DNA from: Vicugna vicugna
Taxonomy: Eukaryota
Assembly (NCBI GenBank): GCA_013265495.1
Contig: MU058584.1
Coordinates: 7,158,407-7,222,406 of the forward strand
Direction: 5' to 3'
DNA length: 64,000 bases
In this document: positions 63,824-64,000 of the stretch, piece by piece
Layout: every line of letters begins with the position of its first letter
Position numbering within the stretch: position 1 is the stretch's first letter
The notes under the pieces: generated by a model
Told to the model about the DNA's origin: nothing
The model's database searches: none
Seen by the model: only the letters and a program-made list of their open reading frames with translations
Translations under genes and position numbers: made by a program

Positions 63824-63988
63824 GGGTGGGGGAGGGTATAGCTCATTGGTAGAGCGCATGCTTAGCATGCATGAGGTCTTATGTTCAAACCCCAGCACCT
63901 CCATTTAAATAAATAAACCTAATTACCTCCCCGACACACAAAAATTTTAAACTACAAAACAATACAGCTCTATACATGAAAAAAAAAT
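63824..63988 (+). mobile_element. Vic-1-like SINE with TSD ataaagctgct
   Basis: ggggagggtatagctcattggtagagcgcatgcttagcatgc; the TSD appears on both sides (~63813-63823 and ~63989-63999). Confidence 0.9.
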
Positions 63989-64000
63989 ATAAAGCTGCTA

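Overview
Mammalian genomic DNA, most likely camelid, judged from about 7 copies of a tRNA-Ala-derived SINE matching my recollection of the camelid Vic-1 family. The window holds two complete genes arranged head to head. VAMP4 (minus strand) has a non-coding exon 1 in a CpG island near 28.1-28.3 kb and 7 coding exons from 25239 down to 2574; these total 426 nt (141 aa), and the 3'UTR probably runs past the left edge. METTL13/EEF1AKNMT (plus strand) has 8 coding exons from 37389 to 50898, totalling 2100 nt (699 aa). All coding exons were phased by hand with GT-AG junctions. The rest is intron and intergenic DNA rich in L1, MIR/L2, SINEs, DNA transposons and LTRs, including three solo LTRs with exact 4-bp target-site duplications downstream of METTL13. 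I found no new protein-coding gene or prokaryote-style system. The most interesting signals are regulatory: candidate uORFs in both 5'UTRs, three CCAAT boxes spaced exactly 31 bp apart, four Pumilio elements plus a proximal poly(A) signal in the VAMP4 3'UTR, a NAGNAG acceptor, a weak donor with an open retained-intron frame, and a consensus CTCF site. Repeat family names come from memory of consensus sequences, and repeat boundaries are approximate unless a TSD is quoted.
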